Positions 14,311 through 23,579 of a DNA stretch of 41,286 bases are shown here, piece after piece. Source of the stretch: a virus; IMG/VR virus record IMGVR_UViG_3300045988_132604. The stretch is one strand, 5' to 3'. Under the pieces are notes generated by a model. That model saw only the letters and a program-made list of their open reading frames with translations. It did not search any database and was not told the origin of the DNA. Positions within the stretch are counted from its first letter, which is position 1; the number at the start of each line of letters is the position of its first letter. A program made the position numbers and the translations under genes.

Positions 14311-14338
14311 ATTATACACAAATATTTTATAATGTCAA
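14311..14338 (-). promoter_or_regulatory. Consensus promoter for the J-domain unit
   Basis: On the minus strand: TTGACA (14338-14333), 16-nt spacer, TATAAT (14316-14311). Confidence 0.7.
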
Positions 14339-14365
14339 TACTAAAAATAAAAAAGTAAAAATAGG

Positions 14366-14393
14366 TTGACAATATAAAAAATTGCGGTATAAT
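14366..14393 (+). promoter_or_regulatory. Consensus promoter for the 14414 HTH gene and downstream packaging region
   Basis: TTGACA (14366-14371), 16-nt spacer, TATAAT (14388-14393). Back-to-back with the minus-strand promoter, in an AT-rich gap. Confidence 0.75.
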
Positions 14394-14413
14394 GGATGCA
14401 TGGAGGTGAGGCC

Positions 14414-14623
14414 ATGAATACAAGGCAAAAAATCGAAATGGCCTTGGGATATGTACATATGTCAAAGGCCGAGCTTGCAAGGCGCATAGGGTGGACACCG
14501 CAAATGCTGCATGCAAGACTTGCAAGTGGGAAACTGTCTGCCGAGGACTGGCAGAGGATAGGGGAGGCTATAGGCGCGGACATAGATACCGTGATAAGCT
14601 TTCCCGATGGCACAAAAATCTGA
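14414..14623 (+). CDS. Small HTH DNA-binding protein
   Basis: Start at MNTRQKIE (GGAGGTGAGG RBS). MSKAELARRIGWTPQMLHARLASGKLS is an HTH. Confidence 0.75.
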   Translation: MNTRQKIEMALGYVHMSKAELARRIGWTPQMLHARLASGKLSAEDWQRIGEAIGADIDTVISFPDGTKI

Positions 14624-14638
14624 GGGGAGGGAACGAGA

Positions 14639-15373
14639 ATGTATGAAAGATTGAGCTATACCACAAGCGCGGAGCTGTGCGAGCAGATGGCGCATGAGTG
14701 CGATACTGCCATACTGGCGTTCAGCTGCGGCAAAGACAGCATAGCGGCCTGGCTGCAAATGCGCAAATATTTCAAGCGCATCGTGCCGTATTACTGCTAC
14801 ATAGTGCCGGAACTGGAATTTGTCGAAAAGAGCCTGAAATACTATGAAGATTTTTTCGGCTGCCGCATATACCGCTTGCCGCATAGGTCACTATATAGGT
14901 TTTTGCGCGGAATGGTTTTTCAGTCGCCGCCCCATGTCACAAAAATCGAAGCCCTTAGCATACCGGGTGATGAATATGACGATTATATGATAGGCGAGAT
15001 AGTCAGGCAGAGCGCGAGCCTTCCGGCAGGGGCATATGTTGGGACAGGCGTGAGGATGGCCGACAGCCCAATGAGAAGAATTGGGATAAAGACGCACGGC
15101 GCGATAAACCACAATCAGAAGAAGTTTTTCCCCGTGTATGACTGGCTAAAGGCCGACCTTATCGCGGCTATCGATGATGCACAGGTTAAACTACCAGTGG
15201 ATTATAAGCTGTTTGGGCGCACATTCGACGGCATAGACTATCGCTTTTTGAAACCAATTAAAGAGCATTTCCCGCGAGATTATGAGCGGATTATCACATG
15301 GTATCCGCTTGCCGAGCTTGAGCTATACAGGAGAGGAGAAAGAGATGGGCTACTGGGACAAAAAGAGGCATGA
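14639..15373 (+). CDS. PAPS reductase / ATP-pyrophosphatase (PP-loop) family protein
   Basis: The PP-loop motif AFSCGKDS (SGGKDS-like) lies near the N-terminus. 244 aa. Sits upstream of the terminase genes. Confidence 0.85.
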   Translation: MYERLSYTTSAELCEQMAHECDTAILAFSCGKDSIAAWLQMRKYFKRIVPYYCYIVPELEFVEKSLKYYEDFFGCRIYRLPHRSLYRFLRGMVFQSPPHVTKIEALSIPGDEYDDYMIGEIVRQSASLPAGAYVGTGVRMADSPMRRIGIKTHGAINHNQKKFFPVYDWLKADLIAAIDDAQVKLPVDYKLFGRTFDGIDYRFLKPIKEHFPRDYERIITWYPLAELELYRRGERDGLLGQKEA

Positions 15374-15719
15374 AAAGAAGCCGGAAGTGGAAGATTCCGC
15401 AACCGACACTATGGAGGAGCTTGAAAAAAGCACCATTGCGGAATTGAACGAAGTCGAGAAAGGATTCCGCGAGCGCATGAAGCAGGAAAACAGCCGTTTT
15501 CGGGACATGTGCGACACCGAGTATTGGTTCTGCGTGTGCTTTACCAGCAGGGAGCAGCGGGAGGAATTTATGAGAAAGGCGGGGTTGCCAACCGATGAAA
15601 AGTACATAGATGGGCGCGAAATGGCTAAAGCATTTAGAAAATCGATTAAAACCCCTGACATAGAATTTGCACAAATACAGGCATTTGGGAAAGAATATGT
15701 AGACCGAGCCATGGATTAA
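15345..15719 (+). CDS. Hypothetical acidic protein (124 aa)
   Basis: Start at MGYWDKK with a GGAGAGGAGAAAGAG RBS. Overlaps the upstream gene by 29 nt. Confidence 0.6.
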   Translation: MGYWDKKRHEKKPEVEDSATDTMEELEKSTIAELNEVEKGFRERMKQENSRFRDMCDTEYWFCVCFTSREQREEFMRKAGLPTDEKYIDGREMAKAFRKSIKTPDIEFAQIQAFGKEYVDRAMD

Positions 15720-15733
15720 AACAACACCGCACG

Positions 15734-15758
15734 AAAACCGCCTTTCGGGCGGTTTTTT
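15734..15758 (+). terminator. Strong intrinsic terminator
   Basis: aaaaccgcc tttcg ggcggtttttt. Confidence 0.8.
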
Positions 15759-15787
15759 AATGCCCTTTTGAAAGGGGGTGAATATAA

Positions 15788-15904
15788 ATGACGGGAATAC
15801 AGCGTCTAATCAATCGCGTTACTGGCGTATCCGGTAGAGGCGGCAGGGCAACTGCCAGCAGGCGGATACAGAGCGCAATGCGAGCCCGAGCGAGCGCAAC
15901 CTAA
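15788..15904 (+). CDS. Small Arg-rich ORF (38 aa), doubtful
   Basis: GGGGGTG RBS 7 nt upstream. Lies in the region upstream of terS, which could instead hold a pac or cos site. Confidence 0.2.
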   Translation: MTGIQRLINRVTGVSGRGGRATASRRIQSAMRARASAT

Positions 15905-15929
15905 GCCGCGAAGGGCAGGGAGGTAGAGG

Positions 15930-16271
15930 GTGGAAGAAAAGAAAAGAAAACCTGGAAGGCCAAAAATAGAGGTTGACCTTGATGATGTCCGCGAGCTTGC
16001 AGCAGAGGGCAACACGTGTGCGCATATAGCGGCAGTTTTGGGGTTTAGCAAGGCAACGCTTTTTGCGAGGAAAGATGTACGTGCGGCCTATGATGCGGGC
16101 CGCGCTGAGCTGTGTGTAAATCTTAGGCACTGGCAGCTTGAAGCGGCGAAATCAGGGAATACACAGATGCTTATATGGCTTGGCAAGCAGTACCTTGGGC
16201 AAAGCGACATAATCCAGAAAGACGATAATGACATAGAAGATCTTACGCCGCTGGCGAATATGCTGAAATAG
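15930..16271 (+). CDS. terS: Terminase small subunit
   Basis: GTG start with a GGAGG RBS. HTH segment CAHIAAVLGFSKATLF and MLIWLGKQYLGQ are typical of small terminases. Immediately upstream of terL. Confidence 0.75.
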   Translation: MEEKKRKPGRPKIEVDLDDVRELAAEGNTCAHIAAVLGFSKATLFARKDVRAAYDAGRAELCVNLRHWQLEAAKSGNTQMLIWLGKQYLGQSDIIQKDDNDIEDLTPLANMLK

Positions 16272-16285
16272 GGGGGGCGGGACGC

Positions 16286-17608
16286 ATGAAAAAGACCGCC
16301 ACCATACCGTGGCAGCCGTTGAGCGAGAAGCATAAGGCATACATTCTACGCGGCATTAACGCCAGAATGTGCGTAGCTGAGGGCGCAATCAGAAGCGGAA
16401 AGACCATCGACCATTGCATAATGGCGGCGGCATATTTAGAAACGTGTCCCGACAAGATACATTTAGCGTCAGGCAGCACCATAGCCAACGCGAAGCTTAA
16501 TATTGGGGTGTGCAACGGGTTTGGCCTTGAAAACCTTTTCCGTGGGCGTTGCCGCTGGGGGAAGTACAAGGAGAATCAAGCGCTTTTCCTTGCCACTCAG
16601 ACAGGGGAAAAGATTGTCGTTTTCACGGGCGGGAAGAACTCAGACAGCTATAAGCGGATTCTGGGTAACTCCTACGGCCTGTGGATAGCCACGGAAATAA
16701 ACGAACATTACGATAGTGACGATAGCCGCGAAAGCTTTGTAAAAGTGGCTAATGGCCGTCAGCTTGCAGCCGTGCGGCCTTATACGCTATGGGACATGAA
16801 CCCTTGCAGCCCGCGCCACCCGATATACACGGAGTACATAGACAAGTACCGCGACAACGGCATGAAAGGCTATGTATACGAGCATTTCACCATACGGGAT
16901 AACCTATCGATAAGCGAGGAGCGGCAAGCGGAAATAACCGCGCAGTATGACCCTAAAACCGTATGGTATAGGCGCGACATACTGGGCGAAAGATGCACGG
17001 CGGAGGGGCTTGTGTACCCGAGCTTTGCGGACACGCCCGAAAGGTATATAATCGATGCGCCGCCTGCTATCCAGTATGCCAATATCGGCGTGGACTTTGG
17101 CGGGACTAAATCCGGCCACGCCTTCACGCTAACGGGCTTCACGCACGGTTATAAAGAAATTGTGGTTCTGGACGAATATTACCATGATAACGCTAAGGAT
17201 GGCCGCTTTAACCCTGACCAGCTTAACGCGGCTTTTATAGACTTTGTGCGGAGGGCACAGCAGAAATACAGGGTTGCAATTGCCCGATGCGACAGCGCGG
17301 AGCAGACGCTAATTGAGGGCTTACGCTCAGCCGCAAGCAAGGCGGGCGTGCCGATAGGCATTGAAAACGCAATCAAGGGCGCAATAAACGACCGCATAGC
17401 CTTTTACAACTCGTTGATGGCGCAGGAGCGGTTTAAGATTATGAGCCATTGCAAAGCGACAATAGAGGCGTTGCAAACGGCCATATATGATGCAGATAAG
17501 ATAGACGATGAACGCCTCGACAACGGCACAACAAACATAGACAGCCTTGACAGTATGGAATACTCGACAGAGGTTGAGCAATCGTCAATCATGTACATAA
17601 GGAGATAG
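16286..17608 (+). CDS. terL: Terminase large subunit
   Basis: 440 aa. Walker A-like GAIRSGKT. C-terminal RNase H-like nuclease region with conserved acidic residues. Canonical position. Confidence 0.95.
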   Translation: MKKTATIPWQPLSEKHKAYILRGINARMCVAEGAIRSGKTIDHCIMAAAYLETCPDKIHLASGSTIANAKLNIGVCNGFGLENLFRGRCRWGKYKENQALFLATQTGEKIVVFTGGKNSDSYKRILGNSYGLWIATEINEHYDSDDSRESFVKVANGRQLAAVRPYTLWDMNPCSPRHPIYTEYIDKYRDNGMKGYVYEHFTIRDNLSISEERQAEITAQYDPKTVWYRRDILGERCTAEGLVYPSFADTPERYIIDAPPAIQYANIGVDFGGTKSGHAFTLTGFTHGYKEIVVLDEYYHDNAKDGRFNPDQLNAAFIDFVRRAQQKYRVAIARCDSAEQTLIEGLRSAASKAGVPIGIENAIKGAINDRIAFYNSLMAQERFKIMSHCKATIEALQTAIYDADKIDDERLDNGTTNIDSLDSMEYSTEVEQSSIMYIRR

Positions 17609-17609
17609 C

Positions 17610-18962
17610 ATGCAAGCAATAACCGAATATTTGACGCGCAACGGGTATACGGCGGTTGACGATGCCTATTATGCGCAAATCGCTTTGTGGCAGTCGTGGT
17701 ATCAGGGCAAGGTAAACAGCTTCCACACTTACACGCAGTACAACGGACAACGCAAGGTCACGCGGCAGCGCAAGACAATGGGAATGGCGAAACGGTTCTG
17801 CGAGGATTGGGCGGCATTGCTGCTCAATGAAAAGGTGCGCATAAGCGTGGGGAATGAAACGGCACAGGCGGCAATGGACGAGATACTAAAGCACAACCGT
17901 TTCAGCGTGAGGGCTAACCAGCTTGTGGAGCTGGCGTTCGCCCTTGGCACGGGCGCATTCGTTGAGTATCTGGACGGCGGCGAGGTAGTGATAGACTATG
18001 TGCGCGGGAGCATGGTATACCCGCTGGCATGGGATAACGGCATCATTACGGAGTGTGCCTTTGCGTCAGAGCGCAAGCAGGGCGCAGAGAAGTATATATA
18101 CCTGAATATCCACCGCAAGGATGGGCAAGGGCGATACGTTGTCGAAAACAAAATGTTCCGCCGTAACGGCGATACCATAACCCCCGCCGACCTTCCCGAA
18201 GGTGTAGCCGATGAAGTAATGACGGGCTCGGAAGTCCCATACTTCCAAATAGTCACGCCAAACATTGTCAACAACGCGGATTTATCATCCCCGATGGGCA
18301 TATCGGTATACGCCAACGCGATAGACAACCTCCAAAACATAGACCTTGTTTTCGATGCGTATGATAACGAGTTCCGGCTCGGGAAAAAGCGTGTGCTTGT
18401 CCCGCTTACACTGACACAGACCACAATGGCCGACAGCGGGGTAACAAAGCCCGTTTTCGATGATAATGACGTTGAATTTTATGTGATTGATACCGGAGAG
18501 CAGAATACACAGAAAATTGAGGAAATGAACGGTGCGCTGCGGTATGACGCTTTTGAGGCAGGCATAAAGACCGCTATAAACCTTGCGGCCTATAAATGCG
18601 GCTTTGGCGAAAATCGATACCGCTTTGAGGGCGGCACGGCTATGACTGCAACGCAGGTGATATCGCAGGACAGCGACCTTTTCCGCAATCTGAAAAAACA
18701 CGAGCTTATACTCGATGCGGCCTTGCAGGGGCTTATAAGGGCTATCGCGCAGATGGCGGGCATAGGCATAGGCGAAATAACCATAGAATTTGACGATAGC
18801 ATCATCGAGGACGAGGACAAGGAGCGGCAACGCTTCATGCAGGAGATTCGGGAGGGCTTACGGCAGCCGTGGGAATACCGCGTCAAATACTTTGGCGAGG
18901 CCGAAGAACAGGCGAAGGCAATGACGGCTATACAGACTATCGCGGAAGGGTTTGAGGCATAA
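17610..18962 (+). CDS. Portal protein
   Basis: 450 aa, directly after terL. The N-terminal pattern YYAQIALWQSWYQGKV...FH is typical of portals of A118-like siphoviruses, as recalled. Confidence 0.85.
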   Translation: MQAITEYLTRNGYTAVDDAYYAQIALWQSWYQGKVNSFHTYTQYNGQRKVTRQRKTMGMAKRFCEDWAALLLNEKVRISVGNETAQAAMDEILKHNRFSVRANQLVELAFALGTGAFVEYLDGGEVVIDYVRGSMVYPLAWDNGIITECAFASERKQGAEKYIYLNIHRKDGQGRYVVENKMFRRNGDTITPADLPEGVADEVMTGSEVPYFQIVTPNIVNNADLSSPMGISVYANAIDNLQNIDLVFDAYDNEFRLGKKRVLVPLTLTQTTMADSGVTKPVFDDNDVEFYVIDTGEQNTQKIEEMNGALRYDAFEAGIKTAINLAAYKCGFGENRYRFEGGTAMTATQVISQDSDLFRNLKKHELILDAALQGLIRAIAQMAGIGIGEITIEFDDSIIEDEDKERQRFMQEIREGLRQPWEYRVKYFGEAEEQAKAMTAIQTIAEGFEA

Positions 18963-20074
18963 TGCTTACCCCCGAATACATTGACCGTGCGCCTGATGAG
19001 CTTGTGGAGCTGTACCGTCAAGCCGAAGATGATATCCTGCGGGATATGGCGAAGCGCATAAGCAGCGCTGATTTGTATATATCCTCCACGCAGTGGCAGG
19101 AGCGGAAACTACAGGCCATGGGCATGACGCACAAAGAGATTGTGCGGCGGCTGGCGGCACTCACCCGAAAGACCAACGCGGAGATAGAAGCAATCATAAG
19201 TGATGCAGGGGCGCAGGCTTTGAGCCTTGATGCGGACGTTATGCAGACCTATAAGGGCATATCGTCTGCACCGTGGGTAAAAACCCTAATTGCAACAGGC
19301 ATAACGCGCACACAAGGGACATTTAAGAATCTTACCCTTACCACGGCAAAGACCGCCACGGGGCAGTTTGAGCGGGTTTTAGACCGTGCATATATGCAGG
19401 TAAGCACGGGCGCATTTGCGCAGGACAAGGCCATACTGATGGCGGTTAAAGACCTGTGTACAAGAGGTATCGAGGCTATCACATACCCCACGGGGCATAG
19501 GGATTACATTGATGTAGCCGTGCGGCGGGCGGTCATTACGGGCTTGAACCAGACTGCGGGGGAAGTATCCGACAGGCTTGCAAAGGAACTGGACTATGAC
19601 CTTGTAGAAGTATCAGCCCACGCTGGCGCAAGGCCGTCACATGCGGAATGGCAGGGCAAGGTATACAGCCGGAAGGGCAAGACAGAGAAGTATGAGGACT
19701 TCTATACCGCCACGGGATACGGCACGGGAGCGGGGCTGTGCGGATGGAATTGCCGCCACTCTTTCAGCGCGTATCAGGAGGGACAGGCGCGGGCGTACAC
19801 CCCCGAAATGCTGGCCAAGTTCGAGACGAAGGATTACAGCTATAACGGCAAGGCTATGACGGAGTATGAGGCCACGCAGAAGCAGCGATACATTGAGCGA
19901 CAGATAAGGCGGTATAAGCGTGAAACAATGGCCACAAGGGACATAGGGCAGGACGCGGAAGCGGCTGAGGCAAAGGTATATGAATGGCAGCGGCGGCTGA
20001 CCGACTTTTGCCGACAGACAGGACTTAAAAAGAGTTTCCCCCGCGCGGTTGTGCCGGGGTATGGGCGCGATTAA
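18962..20074 (+). CDS. Minor capsid / head morphogenesis protein (SPP1 gp7 / Mu F-like)
   Basis: 370 aa following the portal (TAATG overlap). Motifs ARPSHAEWQGKVYS and GLCGWNCRHSF. Confidence 0.75.
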   Translation: MLTPEYIDRAPDELVELYRQAEDDILRDMAKRISSADLYISSTQWQERKLQAMGMTHKEIVRRLAALTRKTNAEIEAIISDAGAQALSLDADVMQTYKGISSAPWVKTLIATGITRTQGTFKNLTLTTAKTATGQFERVLDRAYMQVSTGAFAQDKAILMAVKDLCTRGIEAITYPTGHRDYIDVAVRRAVITGLNQTAGEVSDRLAKELDYDLVEVSAHAGARPSHAEWQGKVYSRKGKTEKYEDFYTATGYGTGAGLCGWNCRHSFSAYQEGQARAYTPEMLAKFETKDYSYNGKAMTEYEATQKQRYIERQIRRYKRETMATRDIGQDAEAAEAKVYEWQRRLTDFCRQTGLKKSFPRAVVPGYGRD

Positions 20075-20197
20075 CACCGCGCTTTTTCTATGCACAAAAT
20101 CCCGCAAGGGTTTTGGATATATCACGCGCAAGCGGGCTGACGAGCATTATACGGATTATAGAGCCGACGGGCTGAAAACGGAAAAAGGAGAAAAACA

Positions 20198-20746
20198 ATG
20201 GCAGAAGAAAACACCCAGAAACAGCAGCAGAACCAGCAGCAGAACCAGCCGAGCGCGGAGCAGATAGCAAATAGCATTGTGGCCGCGATAGAGGCAAGGA
20301 GCAAGCGGACGGAAAACGGCATAGTGAAAAGCTATGCGGAGCAGTACGGCATGACGGAAACCGAAATTGCGCAGATTCTTGACAGCGCAAAGAAGCAGAA
20401 GGCGGCACAGCCTACACCGGAGCAGCAAGCCGCAATGGACAAGCGGCTTGATATGGCGAATGGGCGTTTGATATCTGCCGAGATAAAGGCCGTCGGCGGC
20501 AACCTTGGGCTTTTGGACGCGGACGCGGCAAGCGCGTTAATGGACAAATCTAAAGTAAAGGTTAAAGACGATGGCACGGTCGAGGGCGTGAAAGAAGCCC
20601 TTGAAGCATTGAAGAAGAATAAGCCTTACCTTTTCAATGCCGCGCCCCAAAGGACGGGAATGCGGCAAAACGGAACGGAGGGCAAAGAACCCCCGCACGC
20701 GGCAGCCAACGCGGCTTTGCGTGCTTTGTTTACGAAAGGAGAATAA
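20198..20746 (+). CDS. Scaffolding protein
   Basis: 182 aa with a Q-rich N-terminus and alpha-helical, charged composition. Lies immediately upstream of the major capsid gene. Confidence 0.6.
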   Translation: MAEENTQKQQQNQQQNQPSAEQIANSIVAAIEARSKRTENGIVKSYAEQYGMTETEIAQILDSAKKQKAAQPTPEQQAAMDKRLDMANGRLISAEIKAVGGNLGLLDADAASALMDKSKVKVKDDGTVEGVKEALEALKKNKPYLFNAAPQRTGMRQNGTEGKEPPHAAANAALRALFTKGE

Positions 20747-20752
20747 AAACAC

Positions 20753-21928
20753 ATGGCAATAATTGACAGAAGCGCGGCAGAAGCCCTTATACAGGAGCAG
20801 ATTGTAGCGGAAATTTTTCAGAAGCCCGTAGAGGATTCGACCTTCCTGCGGCTTGCCCGCCGTATGCCCGACATGACTTCCAACCAGACCCGCATAAGAG
20901 TACTTGATACCCTGCCCATGGCCTACTGGGTATCGGGCGACACGGGCTTTAAGCAGACCGCCGAACAGGCGTGGGACAACGTATACATCAACGCGGAGGA
21001 GCTGGCGGTCATAGTCCCCATCCCCGAAGCTGTGCTGGCCGATGCGTCCATAGATATCATGGCGCAGGTAACGCCGCGTGTGCGTGAGCAGTTTGGCCGC
21101 ATGGTTGACCTTGCGACCATTTTCGGTATAAATAAGCCCGCGTCTTGGCGTGCCGACATAATTACGACCGCGCGACAGGCGGGCAACAACGTGACTGGCG
21201 GCACTCTGACTTATGATAACCTTCTGGGCGAGGGCGGCCTCTTTGAGAAGGTTGAAGTCGGCGGCAACGCCATTAACGGTGTAGTGGCTGCCCTTGCCGC
21301 CCGCGCGAAGCTGCGCGGCATAAAGACCACGGACGGCCTCCCCATCTTCAAGGCGGATTCCATGCAGGGCGTGACCAATTACGCCCTTGACGGTGCGCCC
21401 GTATACTTCCCCACCAACGGTGGCTTTGACCCCTCCGTTGCGCTTATGGTAGCGGGTGACTGGAATCAGGCGGTATACGCTATCCGTCAGGACGTGACCG
21501 TCAAGATACTCGACCAGGCAATCATACAAGACCCGTCCAGCAAGGCTATTGTCTATAACCTTGCCCAGCAGGACATGATTGCCCTGCGCGTGGTTTTCCG
21601 TATGGGCTGGGCGCTGCCTAATCCCGTATCCGCGATAGACGCTGGCCGCACCATGTGCCCGTTTGCCTATATCGAGCCTACCACCGCCGTTACCACGCAG
21701 AAAGTAACCTTTACCGTTACCGATGGCGCGACCTCACCCGCCGCGATAGCTGGCGCGAAGGTTGAGGTTGACGGGGTGCGCAAGATTACCGGAGCAGACG
21801 GCAAGGCCGAATTTAATCTGCGCAAGGGAACCTATGCCTACAAGGTAAGCAAGAAGGACGCGACCACCGTGACCGGCTCCGTGACCGTTGCGGCGGCTGC
21901 CGTCAACGAGGCCGTTACCCTGAAATAA
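20753..21928 (+). CDS. Major capsid protein with a C-terminal Ig-like / carboxypeptidase-regulatory-like domain
   Basis: 391 aa in the canonical position. The C-terminal KVTFTVTDGATSPAAIAGAKVEVDGV..GKAEFNLRKGTYAYKVSKKD is a beta-sandwich decoration-type domain. Confidence 0.8.
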   Translation: MAIIDRSAAEALIQEQIVAEIFQKPVEDSTFLRLARRMPDMTSNQTRIRVLDTLPMAYWVSGDTGFKQTAEQAWDNVYINAEELAVIVPIPEAVLADASIDIMAQVTPRVREQFGRMVDLATIFGINKPASWRADIITTARQAGNNVTGGTLTYDNLLGEGGLFEKVEVGGNAINGVVAALAARAKLRGIKTTDGLPIFKADSMQGVTNYALDGAPVYFPTNGGFDPSVALMVAGDWNQAVYAIRQDVTVKILDQAIIQDPSSKAIVYNLAQQDMIALRVVFRMGWALPNPVSAIDAGRTMCPFAYIEPTTAVTTQKVTFTVTDGATSPAAIAGAKVEVDGVRKITGADGKAEFNLRKGTYAYKVSKKDATTVTGSVTVAAAAVNEAVTLK

Positions 21929-21938
21929 TCTGTGAATG

Positions 21939-21960
21939 CGGCGGGGCAAAAACCCCGCCG
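21939..21960 (+). promoter_or_regulatory. Stable hairpin just after the capsid gene (no U-tract)
   Basis: cggcgggg caaaaa ccccgccg, an 8-bp GC stem. May act as a partial terminator or RNA stabiliser. Confidence 0.5.
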
Positions 21961-21976
21961 AGTTAAGGAGGCAAGA

Positions 21977-22375
21977 ATGTGCCCGAATATGTATTTGAAC
22001 CTACAAGAGTATATCCGCTTTGGCGGCGATATATCTATACACGCGGAAGAATACAGCCGCATTGAATACGCCGCCCGCAGAAGGATTGACTTGTACACCT
22101 TCGGGCGCGTAAAGCACATGCGGGAAGTGCCCGAGGCCGTGAAGCGGCTCATGTTTGAGATGATACGCCCGCAAGCCCTGAGCGCAACCGCCGCAAACAG
22201 CACCGCGCCCGTTGCGTCTTTCAGCACGGACGGATATAGCGAAACCTATGTAAACACGCATACCTCCGAATATCTCAGGTATAGCGGTCAGAAAGAGAAA
22301 GCGCTCATATACGAGTATTTGGCGGGTGTGACCGATGATAACGGCGTTGCCCTGCTATATAGCGGAGGTGCGTGA
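21977..22375 (+). CDS. Head-tail connector protein (putative)
   Basis: Start at MCPNMY with an AAGGAGG RBS. Assigned from its position after the capsid gene. Confidence 0.45.
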   Translation: MCPNMYLNLQEYIRFGGDISIHAEEYSRIEYAARRRIDLYTFGRVKHMREVPEAVKRLMFEMIRPQALSATAANSTAPVASFSTDGYSETYVNTHTSEYLRYSGQKEKALIYEYLAGVTDDNGVALLYSGGA

Positions 22376-22376
22376 A

Positions 22377-22727
22377 ATGCAGCTGTGCAATGATACCGCA
22401 AGCCTTTTCAATAAGCTGCCCGATGGTCAGCGCGGGTACACATGGCGAAAGACCCTGCTACGGGGCGTATCATGGTACGCCAAGGACATATCCAGCGTGA
22501 CCAATGACGGCTTACAGACCGCGCGGCAATTCATAGTCCGCATACCCGATACAATGGGATACGGGGACAAATGGACGCTACACACGGGTGATTACATGGT
22601 AAAGGGGGACGTGGAATACACCTCCGCAATGGCCGAGGCATACGCGCCCGACGTTATGACCGTGACTGCCGTTATTGATAATCGCCGCGCCCCTAATTCT
22701 CCACATATAAAGGTACTTGGCGCATGA
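22377..22727 (+). CDS. Head closure / head-tail adaptor protein (putative)
   Basis: Start at MQLCNDT with a GGAGGTG RBS. Assigned by synteny only. Confidence 0.35.
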   Translation: MQLCNDTASLFNKLPDGQRGYTWRKTLLRGVSWYAKDISSVTNDGLQTARQFIVRIPDTMGYGDKWTLHTGDYMVKGDVEYTSAMAEAYAPDVMTVTAVIDNRRAPNSPHIKVLGA

Positions 22728-23164
22728 TTATAAAGGCTGAATTTAAGTGGAACAAAAGCGTTGAACAGCTTTTGCGCGACCGTAACCTTGAAAGCGGCGG
22801 CAAGGTACAGGCGGCGATTGATAATGCCGTTTTACGGTACATAGACCCCTATGTGCCAATGGAAACGGGCGTTTTCAAGAACAAGGCGCGGCAGGATTCA
22901 AGCCCCGGCAAAATCGTGTATAATGACCCACGGGCGCGGTACTTGTACTACGGCGAGGTATACGGCCCCAATATCCCGCGATTTGAGGGCGGGGAGCTTG
23001 TGGGCTTTTTCTCACCCAAGGGACAGCCGAAGCACCCGACAGGGCGCGAGCTGCACTATCGCGGAGAACCGATGCGCGGGGCGTTTTGGTTTGAGCGCAT
23101 GAAGGCCGACCACGGCAAGGATATTTTGAAGGAGGCGCAGGATGCCGCAAATAAACAATATTAG
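22724..23164 (+). CDS. HK97 gp10-like neck/tail component (putative)
   Basis: ATGA overlap. The N-terminal pattern ...AIDNAVLRYIDPYVPMETG resembles the gp10 family. Confidence 0.45.
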   Translation: MIIKAEFKWNKSVEQLLRDRNLESGGKVQAAIDNAVLRYIDPYVPMETGVFKNKARQDSSPGKIVYNDPRARYLYYGEVYGPNIPRFEGGELVGFFSPKGQPKHPTGRELHYRGEPMRGAFWFERMKADHGKDILKEAQDAANKQY

Positions 23165-23579
23165 TCAGTTGCGGAGCTGGCTTTTCGGTTGCCCCGCCAT
23201 ACCTCAAAACGCGGCCATATCCATTGATTACATGGACGGGAGCGCGGCTGAGTACGCGATATATTCTGTGCCATCAAGTATAAGATATCGCGAGAACGTC
23301 CTTGGCGAATATGTACCCGATGATATACAGTCCGTGGACTATATCCTATGCTCAAGCGAGAATTACGGCGCGGACATAGAGCGGAACGCGGATAACCTTG
23401 GGATATATCAGAAAATTGTGAGCTGGATTATAGCGCAGAACGCGGCGCGCAAATTTCCTAAATGGGCGGACGGGACTATACAAAGCCTTGTCCCGACACT
23501 CACGGCAAACCCGACACAGGCGGGCGCGAATGTTGCCCGCTATCAGATAAACATTAAAGTCACTTACAGGAGGCTATAA
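23142..23579 (+). CDS. Tail completion / terminator protein (putative)
   Basis: GGAGG RBS. Lies upstream of the major tail gene. Confidence 0.35.
   Translation: MPQINNISQLRSWLFGCPAIPQNAAISIDYMDGSAAEYAIYSVPSSIRYRENVLGEYVPDDIQSVDYILCSSENYGADIERNADNLGIYQKIVSWIIAQNAARKFPKWADGTIQSLVPTLTANPTQAGANVARYQINIKVTYRRL

Noticed and set aside
20537-21529. 330-aa minus-strand ORF antisense to the scaffold and major capsid genes
   Set aside because: It is Arg/Gly/Leu-rich off-frame composition typical of antisense frames in GC-rich coding DNA. It has no RBS and is entirely embedded in well-supported plus-strand genes. The same reasoning applies to 12013-12684, 4126-4821, 4200-4814, 34634-35458, 27094-27846, 27426-28004, 25734-26243 and 31175-31786.
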